Positions 31,523 through 39,818 of a DNA stretch of 51,613 nucleotides are shown here, one piece after another. The notes beneath the pieces are model-generated. The model was not told the DNA's origin. It made no database searches and saw only the letters and a list, made by a program, of their open reading frames with translations. The stretch is from an uncultured Legionellales bacterium. GTDB taxonomy: Bacteria; Pseudomonadota; Gammaproteobacteria; PIVX01. Location: contig CAYGTQ010000004.1 of the NCBI GenBank assembly GCA_964352915.1, positions 1 through 51,613 of the forward strand. The letters are read 5' to 3'. Both the position numbers and the translations under genes were made by a program. Position 1 is the stretch's first letter. The number at the start of each line of letters is the position of its first letter.

Positions 31523-31993
31523 ATGACCATTAAAAATGCAAATTTACCGATACTAGGCTGGAAAGAATGGTGCTCTCTGCCTGGGCTATCTATTCCCCTA
31601 ATTAAAGCTAAAATAGATACAGGTGCGCAAACATCTTCTTTACATGCCTATGATCTTAAAACTTTCCGCAACAGAGGAAAGGATTGGATTAAATTTAATG
31701 TTCACCCTTTGCAATTTAACCGAAGCGTGACTATAGCCTGTCAGGCACCAATTATAGACAGACGCTACGTCACCAGCTCAAATGGCCAGCGAGAAAAGCG
31801 TTATGTGATCAGCACACTTTTGCAGCTAGGGAATTTATCATTCTCAACAGAAGTGACGCTGACTGATAGAAGCCAAATGAATCTAAGGTTATTGCTCGGT
31901 AGAAAAAGCCTTGAAAGTTTTTGTATTTATCCCTTCAAAGAAATGTGTTTAGGGAAATATAAATCTGATGACGTCAAAGCGCTTTATGAATAA
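31523..31993 (+). CDS. RimK-associated retropepsin-like protease (RimB type, 'ATP-dependent zinc protease' family)
   Basis: LGWKEW..LP.L..IKAKIDTGAQTSSLHA, SSNGQ.E.RY, LTDRS.M...LLLGR. Confidence 0.9.
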   Translation: MTIKNANLPILGWKEWCSLPGLSIPLIKAKIDTGAQTSSLHAYDLKTFRNRGKDWIKFNVHPLQFNRSVTIACQAPIIDRRYVTSSNGQREKRYVISTLLQLGNLSFSTEVTLTDRSQMNLRLLLGRKSLESFCIYPFKEMCLGKYKSDDVKALYE

Positions 31994-32067
31994 CTTGAGA
32001 GGTAATAAGATAGAGGCGCACTGATATGATACATAGCTTCTGGTAACTGATTCACTTGCATTTGATT

Positions 32068-32356
32068 ATGCAAACCTACACTACTGATTTGCTATTAGGA
32101 ATAACTCTAAAAATGGTGGGATGCTCATTTAATCATAACTGTGTAAAACAAACGTAAAGACTTTATAACCATGACAAAGGATCAACAAAGTCCTTATATT
32201 TAAGCGCATGTGTGCTTACAGGACGTGAAGGAGAGCTTAAATCGTAAGTAGCGTGGCCTCCAAGGCCATTCGATTTTGATATAACTGTCAAACATATCCC
32301 CCATCATTGGGAGGCATTCGAGCAGATTCAGTCTAAAACCTTTTGACATGCATTAA
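32068..32356 (+). pseudogene. Internally deleted OmpA-C-like lipoprotein pseudogene (family member 2; not in ORF track)
   Basis: Fragments LLGITLKMVGCSFNH / DFITMTKDQQSPYI*AHVCLQDV / RGLQGHSILI / TVKHIPHHWE / SLKPFDMH* match 25431..25946 in order. Confidence 0.8.
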
Positions 32357-32495
32357 TTTAACACAGACAAGCCTGCTAAATTGTAGGCCTTTGTTGAAGC
32401 AGTAGCATAGCACTACTCTATCGCCGCTTAAAGGTTGTGAAGTCATATTGAAATTATTATAATGAGACTCACGCCATTCCAAAAAGGAAAAGTCC

Positions 32496-33044
32496 ATGAC
32501 AGTATATGTAAAAATCTCAGGTCTGGCTCTGAGCTTGGCTTTTACCTATTGTTTTGCTCAGATTTCAGTTGCGCAAGATATAGCTGATCCAGATGATGGC
32601 TATGCTGCTATCTATCAAGAAGAATTATCATGGCATAATCAATACATTTATCAACACCATTGCTTAAAAGAAATCGCCAAAGCACCTTATATGGTTTTGT
32701 TTGAACCCAATGAATTTAAGATCCCTACACCCTACCTAGTGAACGCGCAATTTACGGCAAATTGCTTAAAAGAACACCCCCAAGTAAGCTTGATCATTGA
32801 AGGGTTTGCATCACGTGAGGGTGATGAAATCAGCAACAACAAGCTATCAATTTCAAGAGCTGAAGCATTTCAAAAAGAACTGTTTAAATTAGGCATAGAA
32901 AAAAGTAGAACCGCAATTTATGGCCTAGGCACTTATGAAAAGACCCCAGCTCATGGTTGGCGCAGCAAAGGAAAATACAACCGAAGAGTAAAGCTTATAC
33001 CATACGTCGATATAAAACGACTTGACCAGATGATTGATAATTGA
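32496..33044 (+). CDS. OmpA-C-like domain periplasmic protein (family member 3)
   Basis: Signal peptide; HCLKEI..APYMVLF, CLKEHP..LIIEGFAS, LSISRAEA, HGW, YNRRV. Confidence 0.87.
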   Translation: MTVYVKISGLALSLAFTYCFAQISVAQDIADPDDGYAAIYQEELSWHNQYIYQHHCLKEIAKAPYMVLFEPNEFKIPTPYLVNAQFTANCLKEHPQVSLIIEGFASREGDEISNNKLSISRAEAFQKELFKLGIEKSRTAIYGLGTYEKTPAHGWRSKGKYNRRVKLIPYVDIKRLDQMIDN

Positions 33045-33260
33045 ACTTTGTCTTCATGCTTTAATTATACGACCATCAAAATGCAATCCACCTTTGCCAT
33101 CTGACTTATAAAAGCTCTAAATTGAATGCGCATTGCCCTTCTCTGCCTAAAATCACATTGCAGTCAAAAACAGCTTTTAGCTGATATAATTAACTGGCTT
33201 TAGGTGCTCATCATTAGTTCAGAATATCTTTTTTGTTACATCTTTTATTAAAAAAATATC

Positions 33261-33288
33261 TTTACAATTTAAAAAAGAGGTATATGAT
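33261..33288 (+). promoter_or_regulatory. sigma70-type promoter of the 80-aa gene
   Basis: TTTACA-N16-TATGAT, followed by leader hairpin GTGCGG-CATA-CCGCAC (33311-33326) and AGGAG RBS. Confidence 0.45.
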
Positions 33289-33368
33289 TTAGATGGTTCC
33301 CCATGTTTATGTGCGGCATACCGCACGTTGGATAGGGTTTAAAAGTACGTTGATATAGGAGAATAACG

Positions 33369-33611
33369 ATGAGCGTGCTTAATCTTCAAAAAAGTTCTTA
33401 CGATACCTCATATGAAGATTTTCTTGATGACTATGATGATTATGGTAGTTATGACACTCCAGATGACTTCTTAATGAATGCTGAAAATGACGATAATTTT
33501 TTCATTGATCTGCATCAGATGAAACAAGATATGACTGTCAAGAGATGTTTTGGACATATGGAAAAGAGAAATAAACCTACAATAAAAAAGATGCGAAAAC
33601 ATTTAGTATAG
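33369..33611 (+). CDS. Small protein with acidic N-half and basic C-tail
   Basis: AGGAG RBS, own promoter candidate and downstream hairpin; no family recognised. Confidence 0.7.
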   Translation: MSVLNLQKSSYDTSYEDFLDDYDDYGSYDTPDDFLMNAENDDNFFIDLHQMKQDMTVKRCFGHMEKRNKPTIKKMRKHLV

Positions 33612-33614
33612 TTT

Positions 33615-35048
33615 TCAAGCCCGAAGCTTTAGCTTCGGGCTGTCTTTGATGCCCTGCAACTTGATTGTATAAAACCTTGATAGCTTACTATTGCAATACA
33701 GCCATAAGATAATGATAGCAAAGAAAACAAGTACAATATAAGGTAAAATACTCATTTGATCACCTGCTGTGACCATGAGAAGACCTCCCTGACCCACTGC
33801 GCTTAAGCTTTTACCGAGCCTCGCCCCAAAAACATCGATAATTGCTTTGCTTTTTGATTTTTCATAAACCGATAGAGGAATATAAAGCAGCTCTTTTGAG
33901 GCATCAAAGAGAGAAAACTTGGACGCTTCGCTCATAGAGTTTTGCATCATACCCAAAATTACTATGACAAATAAAGGCGCTAAGTTGAATCCAGACATAA
34001 TAAAAAAAATAGATGCCGTGCTCCCCATAATGCACGGCGTAATATTTGCAGACAATCTCCAGGGATACCGTGCAAATAGGTAGTTGCTCAATATAACAAA
34101 TAACATAGTAGACAAACCCAACAAAATTGCATAACTTGACATAAATACAGAATATTCGTTGATGCTCGGATATTGCATTTTAACAAAATATTTCCAGGTA
34201 ACTTCACATAAATTTAGGCATATGCCACAACTCAAAACAATAATACATAGGTACATTAAATAAGGATTATCTTTTAGATAAATGAAATCTTCTTTGATCG
34301 ATTTTCTCTGACGATGTTTTGCCAACTGGTTATTTTTTTCTATTATATCGTATTGATTAGAGGCATAATAAATAGCCGTCAAGACCATGATTGAACATGA
34401 AAATACACAAGCTACAACCCTCAACATGCTTTCCATATCTCCATTAAAATATAGATTAGTATTTCTCATGAAAAACCCGGCAACTATGGCAGCTGTCTGT
34501 GATACAAATATAAGTGAGGGGTAAATTTTTCGTGCTTCAGAGATGCTAACATTTGAATTCACGTACCACCAAAATATTAGGTTTAAGATAAGGCTGATCC
34601 ATAACTCTGACATAACATAAAACCAAACACTGAGCCAATGAGCAAGCATTGCTAACGGCCATTGAAACTTCGGGTATTGATATTGTAGGATTTGTATTTT
34701 GTGAAAATTAATTTGCAAGTATGTCATATTAGGGTAGAGTATTAAAAAGAACAAGAGAAAAAAAGCGCAGAAGATAGATGCCAGCACATAAAACACTAGA
34801 TAAGGAGAAATCTTAGATAATAATTTACTGTAAAAAATAATAGATAACAGTGATGCGGGGAGTACAGCAAATATTTTTACAAAAGGAATAACCTCTGCAC
34901 CAGAACCAGGGGATGTAATAAGTAATGCATCTTTTAAGTTATTTAAAATTGTGTAAATAAAAATAATTAAAAACATCATGGATGCTAGGCGTATGAATTT
35001 TCCTTGCCTAAAAAATGATTTTGTTCTAATAGCCATAATGACCCTCAA
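33615..35048 (-). CDS. Nucleotide transporter, ADP/ATP translocase (NTT/TLC) family, divergent
   Basis: KDALLITSPGSGAEVIPFVK, YVMSELW, FW..N..EARK.YP, NLCEVTWK, LFDASKELLYIPL, K.KAIIDV.GARLGKS; likely start ATG 35036. Confidence 0.9.
   Translation of the reverse strand: MRVIMAIRTKSFFRQGKFIRLASMMFLIIFIYTILNNLKDALLITSPGSGAEVIPFVKIFAVLPASLLSIIFYSKLLSKISPYLVFYVLASIFCAFFLLFFLILYPNMTYLQINFHKIQILQYQYPKFQWPLAMLAHWLSVWFYVMSELWISLILNLIFWWYVNSNVSISEARKIYPSLIFVSQTAAIVAGFFMRNTNLYFNGDMESMLRVVACVFSCSIMVLTAIYYASNQYDIIEKNNQLAKHRQRKSIKEDFIYLKDNPYLMYLCIIVLSCGICLNLCEVTWKYFVKMQYPSINEYSVFMSSYAILLGLSTMLFVILSNYLFARYPWRLSANITPCIMGSTASIFFIMSGFNLAPLFVIVILGMMQNSMSEASKFSLFDASKELLYIPLSVYEKSKSKAIIDVFGARLGKSLSAVGQGGLLMVTAGDQMSILPYIVLVFFAIIILWLYCNSKLSRFYTIKLQGIKDSPKLKLRA
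33618..33641. terminator. GC-rich palindrome between convergent genes
   Basis: AGCCCGAAGC-TTTA-GCTTCGGGCT; lies inside the last codons of the translocase gene, 6 nt after the stop of the 80-aa gene. Confidence 0.6.
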
Positions 35049-35751
35049 CTGTGATGGGGAAAATAATGTGAGATGAGCAGTTGTTTATCAGGTCACACTG
35101 GTAAAAAAATAGTATACTCCCTTCATAATATTTTACACAGACACTGAACGGCGATTATCAAGATTTATTATTGAACTCTCCAACACATCATCACTTGAAC
35201 ATGGCCCGATAAATTGCTCAAATAGCTAACATGCTTCAGGCTGATATTGTCTATTAAACAACCATCACTGCCTACAGCCAAGCTGTAAGTCCTTACAATT
35301 TTATCTTTTCTAGTGTATGGATAATCTTTTTACACTGTAATATTGTCCATATTAGAACTTTCTGAGTTGCTAAAAATAATTTTACTGGACTCGCATTGTT
35401 TTAAAAGTGACCCATAAATAGGAATAAGTGCCCTGTGGAGAGATCCCATCATTCTTTTACTGAACAGGTAACATGCTTCGACAATTTAACTATTGCATGC
35501 CTATCAAGATAGGTAGGAAGTAGACTACTACTTTTCTAAAGAAAGCTTTATATTCTGCAATAAATTTTCGCCATTTTCTAGTACAGTGATGATTGCTCCG
35601 GAAATTTCCTATAAAACAATCAGGTTCAATGACTTCGGATTTTACCTAAGAGCAAAATGGATAAGAAGAAAACTCTGACTGTAAAATTTTATACATTTAA
35701 TTTTTTATTTAGTAATTTAATTAAAGTTAAATTCCTCACAAAAGTTATGAC

Positions 35752-36342
35752 TCATTTTTGAGTAGAATTTTCTTCATTTGCATTATGTAAAATGGTAGAG
35801 TTTTCCTCCAACTGTTTTTGCCGCTTAATGTCAACGTAAGGGATAACTTTGATGCGCCGCTTGTATTTATCTCTGCTGTGCCAGCCATGGGCAGAAGTTT
35901 TTTCATAAGCTCCCAAGCCATAAGTAGCTATTCTGCTTTCTTCTATACCTAATTTGATTAATTCTGTTGCAAATGCTTCAGCTCTTAAAATTGACAGCAT
36001 ATCATTGGTATTTTCATTACCTTCAAATGCAGAAAATCCTTCAATAATTAAGCTGATTGGCGGGTGCTCTTTTAAACATTTTGCTGTGAATTGCACGTTT
36101 TTCATAAAAGGTTTGGGGATGTTATATTGATTCACATCAAATAAAACCATATAGGGTGCTTTATTAATCTCTTTCAAGCACTGGTGTGCGCTAATGTACT
36201 CATTTTGCCAGGGCACTTCTTCTTGATAAATCTCATCATAATCTTCGTCAAGTTCACTTGGCATTTGAGCAAAACAAGGCATTATGGATAAACTTATTAC
36301 AAATCCTACAATAGAAATATACGCTTTCATCACATGCTCCAA
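35752..36342 (-). CDS. OmpA-C-like domain periplasmic protein (family member 4)
   Basis: Close paralog of 32496..33044 (IYQEE..W.N.YI..H.CLKEI.KAPYMVLF; GLG.YEKT.AHGW; IPYVDIKR). Confidence 0.87.
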   Translation of the reverse strand: MEHVMKAYISIVGFVISLSIMPCFAQMPSELDEDYDEIYQEEVPWQNEYISAHQCLKEINKAPYMVLFDVNQYNIPKPFMKNVQFTAKCLKEHPPISLIIEGFSAFEGNENTNDMLSILRAEAFATELIKLGIEESRIATYGLGAYEKTSAHGWHSRDKYKRRIKVIPYVDIKRQKQLEENSTILHNANEENSTQK

Positions 36343-36480
36343 AAGACATCTACCGACACTCTATCATCTTTCTGAAGCGTAATCCAAGTTCATCTTGTGG
36401 GTTAGAATAGTACCAAATAGCCCATTAGAACACCTTAGGGCCAAAGAGTCACTCTCTTGCTACTGAACATGGTTCAAGCT

Positions 36481-37443
36481 TTAAATAAATTTTTTGCGTT
36501 TTAAATAAATCACTTCCAAAATAATTAAAAGAATGATGATTGCAAAGGTACCCAGGAAAGAGGGGTTTTTCATATTATCTATCAAATGGCTGGTATTAGC
36601 ACCCAAAATAGATAGAAGGAAGCTTGGTGGGATAAATAAAATGGACATAATAGACAACACATATACTTTTTTATTAGCCTGCTCTGCTACCAGTTGAATC
36701 ATTGCGTCACGAATAATGTCCAAACGAGCCCTAATCATCTCTAATGATTCAGAAGCATTATCCAATTGTCTAATCAAAGACTGCCACTTGATCCTTGCCT
36801 TGCCTTTGATGCGAGCATCCAAATCTACGGCACGGCCATGAGTTAAATCACGTTGAAATGCGAGACTTCTACGAATAAGTAAAGCCGAATGGCGAATTTT
36901 GGCCAGCTTTTGCCTTAAGTGATGGTGCCCTGTCAGCTGATTATCGAGTTTATCGACTTCATTCTCGAGTTCATGAATCGCATCAGAGCGCCTGCACGTA
37001 AAATTTGTTAAAAGAGAAATCATTAATTCTTCAATTGACTTAGGGCCTTGTTTTTTTTCAAAGTCATTCATCAGATCATTGATCAGACTGTTGTCTTGTT
37101 CTTGGACCGTAATCACGTAGTGCTTGTTAAGATATACCCTAAGAGATGTAGTGTGCTGCAAGTTGATTTCATCATTTTTTGCTACACCATTAAGTACCAA
37201 TAAAACACCATTTTCCAGCGCTATGATTCTAGATATAGGTTCTTTTGCCAGAAGCACGCCACTGATCTCGGGATCAATACCGAGCGTTTGCATGGGCAGC
37301 AAAGAAGATAAATTTAACCTAGTACAGTGAAGCCACAAAGGAGTTTCCAGCTCTTGCGAAAAATCCCCTTGATGTGGTGTTATGCCGCCTTCTTGATCGA
37401 GACTGTAGCGCCATAGCGTTTCTGTATCAAAAAGTTGTGTCAT
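36481..37443 (-). CDS. CorA/ZntB-family divalent cation transporter
   Basis: WLH N-domain, SLRVY, long stalk helices, two C-terminal TMs with ILFIPPSF...GAN (GxN motif). Confidence 0.85.
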   Translation of the reverse strand: MTQLFDTETLWRYSLDQEGGITPHQGDFSQELETPLWLHCTRLNLSSLLPMQTLGIDPEISGVLLAKEPISRIIALENGVLLVLNGVAKNDEINLQHTTSLRVYLNKHYVITVQEQDNSLINDLMNDFEKKQGPKSIEELMISLLTNFTCRRSDAIHELENEVDKLDNQLTGHHHLRQKLAKIRHSALLIRRSLAFQRDLTHGRAVDLDARIKGKARIKWQSLIRQLDNASESLEMIRARLDIIRDAMIQLVAEQANKKVYVLSIMSILFIPPSFLLSILGANTSHLIDNMKNPSFLGTFAIIILLIILEVIYLKRKKFI

Positions 37444-38648
37444 GTTGTAACCAAAGATTCTTTTTTATAATCGCTTGATCGCTGATAGGGCTTCAGCTCA
37501 AACAAAGGAAGTATCGCGAGTAAGTGATTAAAGATCTTACTTTGTATGGCTTCATAGCTTCGCCAATCTGTTGTGTTGGTAAAACAATATAGCTGCACTG
37601 GCAGACCGCTGTCAGAGGGCTCAAGGGCTCGTACCAACAAAGTAAATCCTTTATCTGTGATGTCTGGATGACTTTTGAGGTACTGTTCAATATAGGCAAT
37701 CAACAAGTCACTGTTTGTTACTTTAGCTTCTTTTTCAATACAACGATCTATCACAGAAGCAAGCTCAGGAGAAGATTTTTTAATTTTAGCTAATTTTTTA
37801 ATGTCCATAAAATGGACATCATTCACATCGAGGTAAATAGAACGCTTGATACGACGCACACCTGCTTGATACATACCACGCCAGTTTTTCACCGACGAAC
37901 TGACAAGAGCTTGAATAGGCACTGTCGAGAAAGTTTTATCGAAATTTTTAACTTTGACTGTGGTTAAGGTCATATCCATCACATCACCATCAATTTTCTG
38001 TGATGGCACTTCAATCCAATCACCTATACGTACAATATCATGAACTGCAAGTTCAATGCTGGCGATTAAACCAAGCAAAGTCTCTTTGAATACGAACATC
38101 AACACCGCGGTCATAGCACTAATGCCGGCCAACAAAGACCACAGTGATTGACCAAGTAACAAAGCTACCACTAACAACGCAGCCAACGATAGCAACACCA
38201 GCTTTAAAAGCTGAAGATAGCTTTTAACCGGACGTCTTTGAGATATTTCTAGCCTATTATAAGCCTGTTGAAGTGTATCCAGAACAGAAAAAATCAGGGC
38301 TGTTATAACAAAGACCATAGTGATGTTGAGTAACAGCTTAATCAAATCAATGGCTGCAGATTGTACGCCCCATGCTGCCAAAGACGGCAAAATCAAGTGT
38401 GCGATCAAGACAGGCACCATATGCCCAAGCCATGAAATGGCCTTATTTTTTTCAAAGAAATGCTGCCACGGCTTGTAGCTTCTTGCAAGAAGACCCTGAA
38501 CTACCCTAGATAAAGAATGAACAACTGCTCTATCCAACAACACAAACAGAACCATCAGAGATACGACCACGACGAGAGCTGCTAAACTTTGAGCAAAGAT
38601 AGGAGCAACCCCCCATGCGGCAAGATAAGTTTGAATCATAGTAATCAT
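37440..38648 (-). CDS. Mechanosensitive channel, MscS family (YbdG-like)
   Basis: KSYLQ..K, AMTAVLMFVFKETLLG..ASI, GDWIEVP..DGDV...LTTVKVKNFDKT, KNWRGM...RRIKRS, GLPVQLYCF. Confidence 0.92.
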   Translation of the reverse strand: MITMIQTYLAAWGVAPIFAQSLAALVVVVSLMVLFVLLDRAVVHSLSRVVQGLLARSYKPWQHFFEKNKAISWLGHMVPVLIAHLILPSLAAWGVQSAAIDLIKLLLNITMVFVITALIFSVLDTLQQAYNRLEISQRRPVKSYLQLLKLVLLSLAALLVVALLLGQSLWSLLAGISAMTAVLMFVFKETLLGLIASIELAVHDIVRIGDWIEVPSQKIDGDVMDMTLTTVKVKNFDKTFSTVPIQALVSSSVKNWRGMYQAGVRRIKRSIYLDVNDVHFMDIKKLAKIKKSSPELASVIDRCIEKEAKVTNSDLLIAYIEQYLKSHPDITDKGFTLLVRALEPSDSGLPVQLYCFTNTTDWRSYEAIQSKIFNHLLAILPLFELKPYQRSSDYKKESLVTT

Positions 38649-38769
38649 TACATTCTCTACAACTTAACGCTTGTATGGCGGCTATTGTAATGAGTTTTTT
38701 TCTTAAAGCAACTGTGTTAATTGATATTTTAGATAGCTTTTAACGCACCTACGATAAAGCTCTGACCCT

Positions 38770-39702
38770 TTAGGGCAAAGCAAAATGCCAATGCAGGGCT
38801 TGTGAGAGTTGAATCAGAATCTGCTCACCACGCACACTGTTACCTTTGGTATTAACACGTGGGCTTGCCACAGTAATGCCGACTTTTCCAGGTAAAACCG
38901 CTACCATCAATCCAGAAACACTGCTTTTAGCAGGCATGCCTGTTTGTACCAGATGCGCACCAGATTCATTATACAACCCACAAGTAGCCATAATAGATAC
39001 TGTATGCGCTACTGTATTTTCTGAGAGAACCCTCTTGCCATCGTGCTGTCCACCATTGGCTAACAAAGTAGGCAAGCGAGCCAACACTGGTAGTGTCACT
39101 TCAAAAGAGCACAGAGCAAAATAAGTCTCCAAAGTTTCTGTGATGTCACCTTCCATCAAACCATTGCTTTCCATTAAATATGCTAGAGAACGATTACGAC
39201 CGCCTGTGCGGCGCTCTGATGCAAAGACTTTAGCATTTAAATTAGGCTTTTCTCCAAGAATTTTAGCCATCCAATCTTCTATCCAGCGTATTTTTTCCTC
39301 TATATTGCCAGGGATATGGCTGCACAGTGCTATGGCTCCAGCATTAAGCATAGGGTTTGATGGTATAGGGCCAAATTGATCCAAGCGTGCTACAGATGAA
39401 AAATCACTACCAGAAGGCTCTACTCTAACCCATTGCAGCAGCTGCTCAAGACCATACCCCTCCAATAAACCGATCAGCACTATCAGCTTCGAAATGCTTT
39501 GCAATGAAAAGTTATGCTCTAAAGCATTACCGACCTGCACAGTCTTACCCTCAACAGTCTGTGCAACAATGCCTATCAAATCTGGATCAACATCTGCAAG
39601 TTCTGGAATATAATCAGTCACTCGACCCTGATCATTGTCAGCTACTGACTCCAGAATTTCATTAAGGAATGCTTTAGTCAGCTTAGCAGGAGAAGATTTC
39701 AT
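38770..39702 (-). CDS. glsA: Glutaminase A
   Basis: DYIPELA, FSLQSISK (SxxK), EPSG, NPMLNAGAI, TCGLYN.SG, PAKSSVSG, GNSVRG. Confidence 0.95.
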   Translation of the reverse strand: MKSSPAKLTKAFLNEILESVADNDQGRVTDYIPELADVDPDLIGIVAQTVEGKTVQVGNALEHNFSLQSISKLIVLIGLLEGYGLEQLLQWVRVEPSGSDFSSVARLDQFGPIPSNPMLNAGAIALCSHIPGNIEEKIRWIEDWMAKILGEKPNLNAKVFASERRTGGRNRSLAYLMESNGLMEGDITETLETYFALCSFEVTLPVLARLPTLLANGGQHDGKRVLSENTVAHTVSIMATCGLYNESGAHLVQTGMPAKSSVSGLMVAVLPGKVGITVASPRVNTKGNSVRGEQILIQLSQALHWHFALP

Positions 39703-39818
39703 TTTACCACCTAAAATACAAGGGTTGCATTATGTTCTACTTCAATGAAATAGAACAGCCCGATTATTAGATCATGCCATAATAAGCAATCACATATGCT
39801 GGTTCTTAAAAACCAATC

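Noticed and set aside
35049-35751. Coding-like minus-strand fragments upstream of the NTT gene (e.g. EISGAIITVLENGENL)
   Set aside because: Probably an old relic, but too fragmented to assign a family or boundaries by eye.
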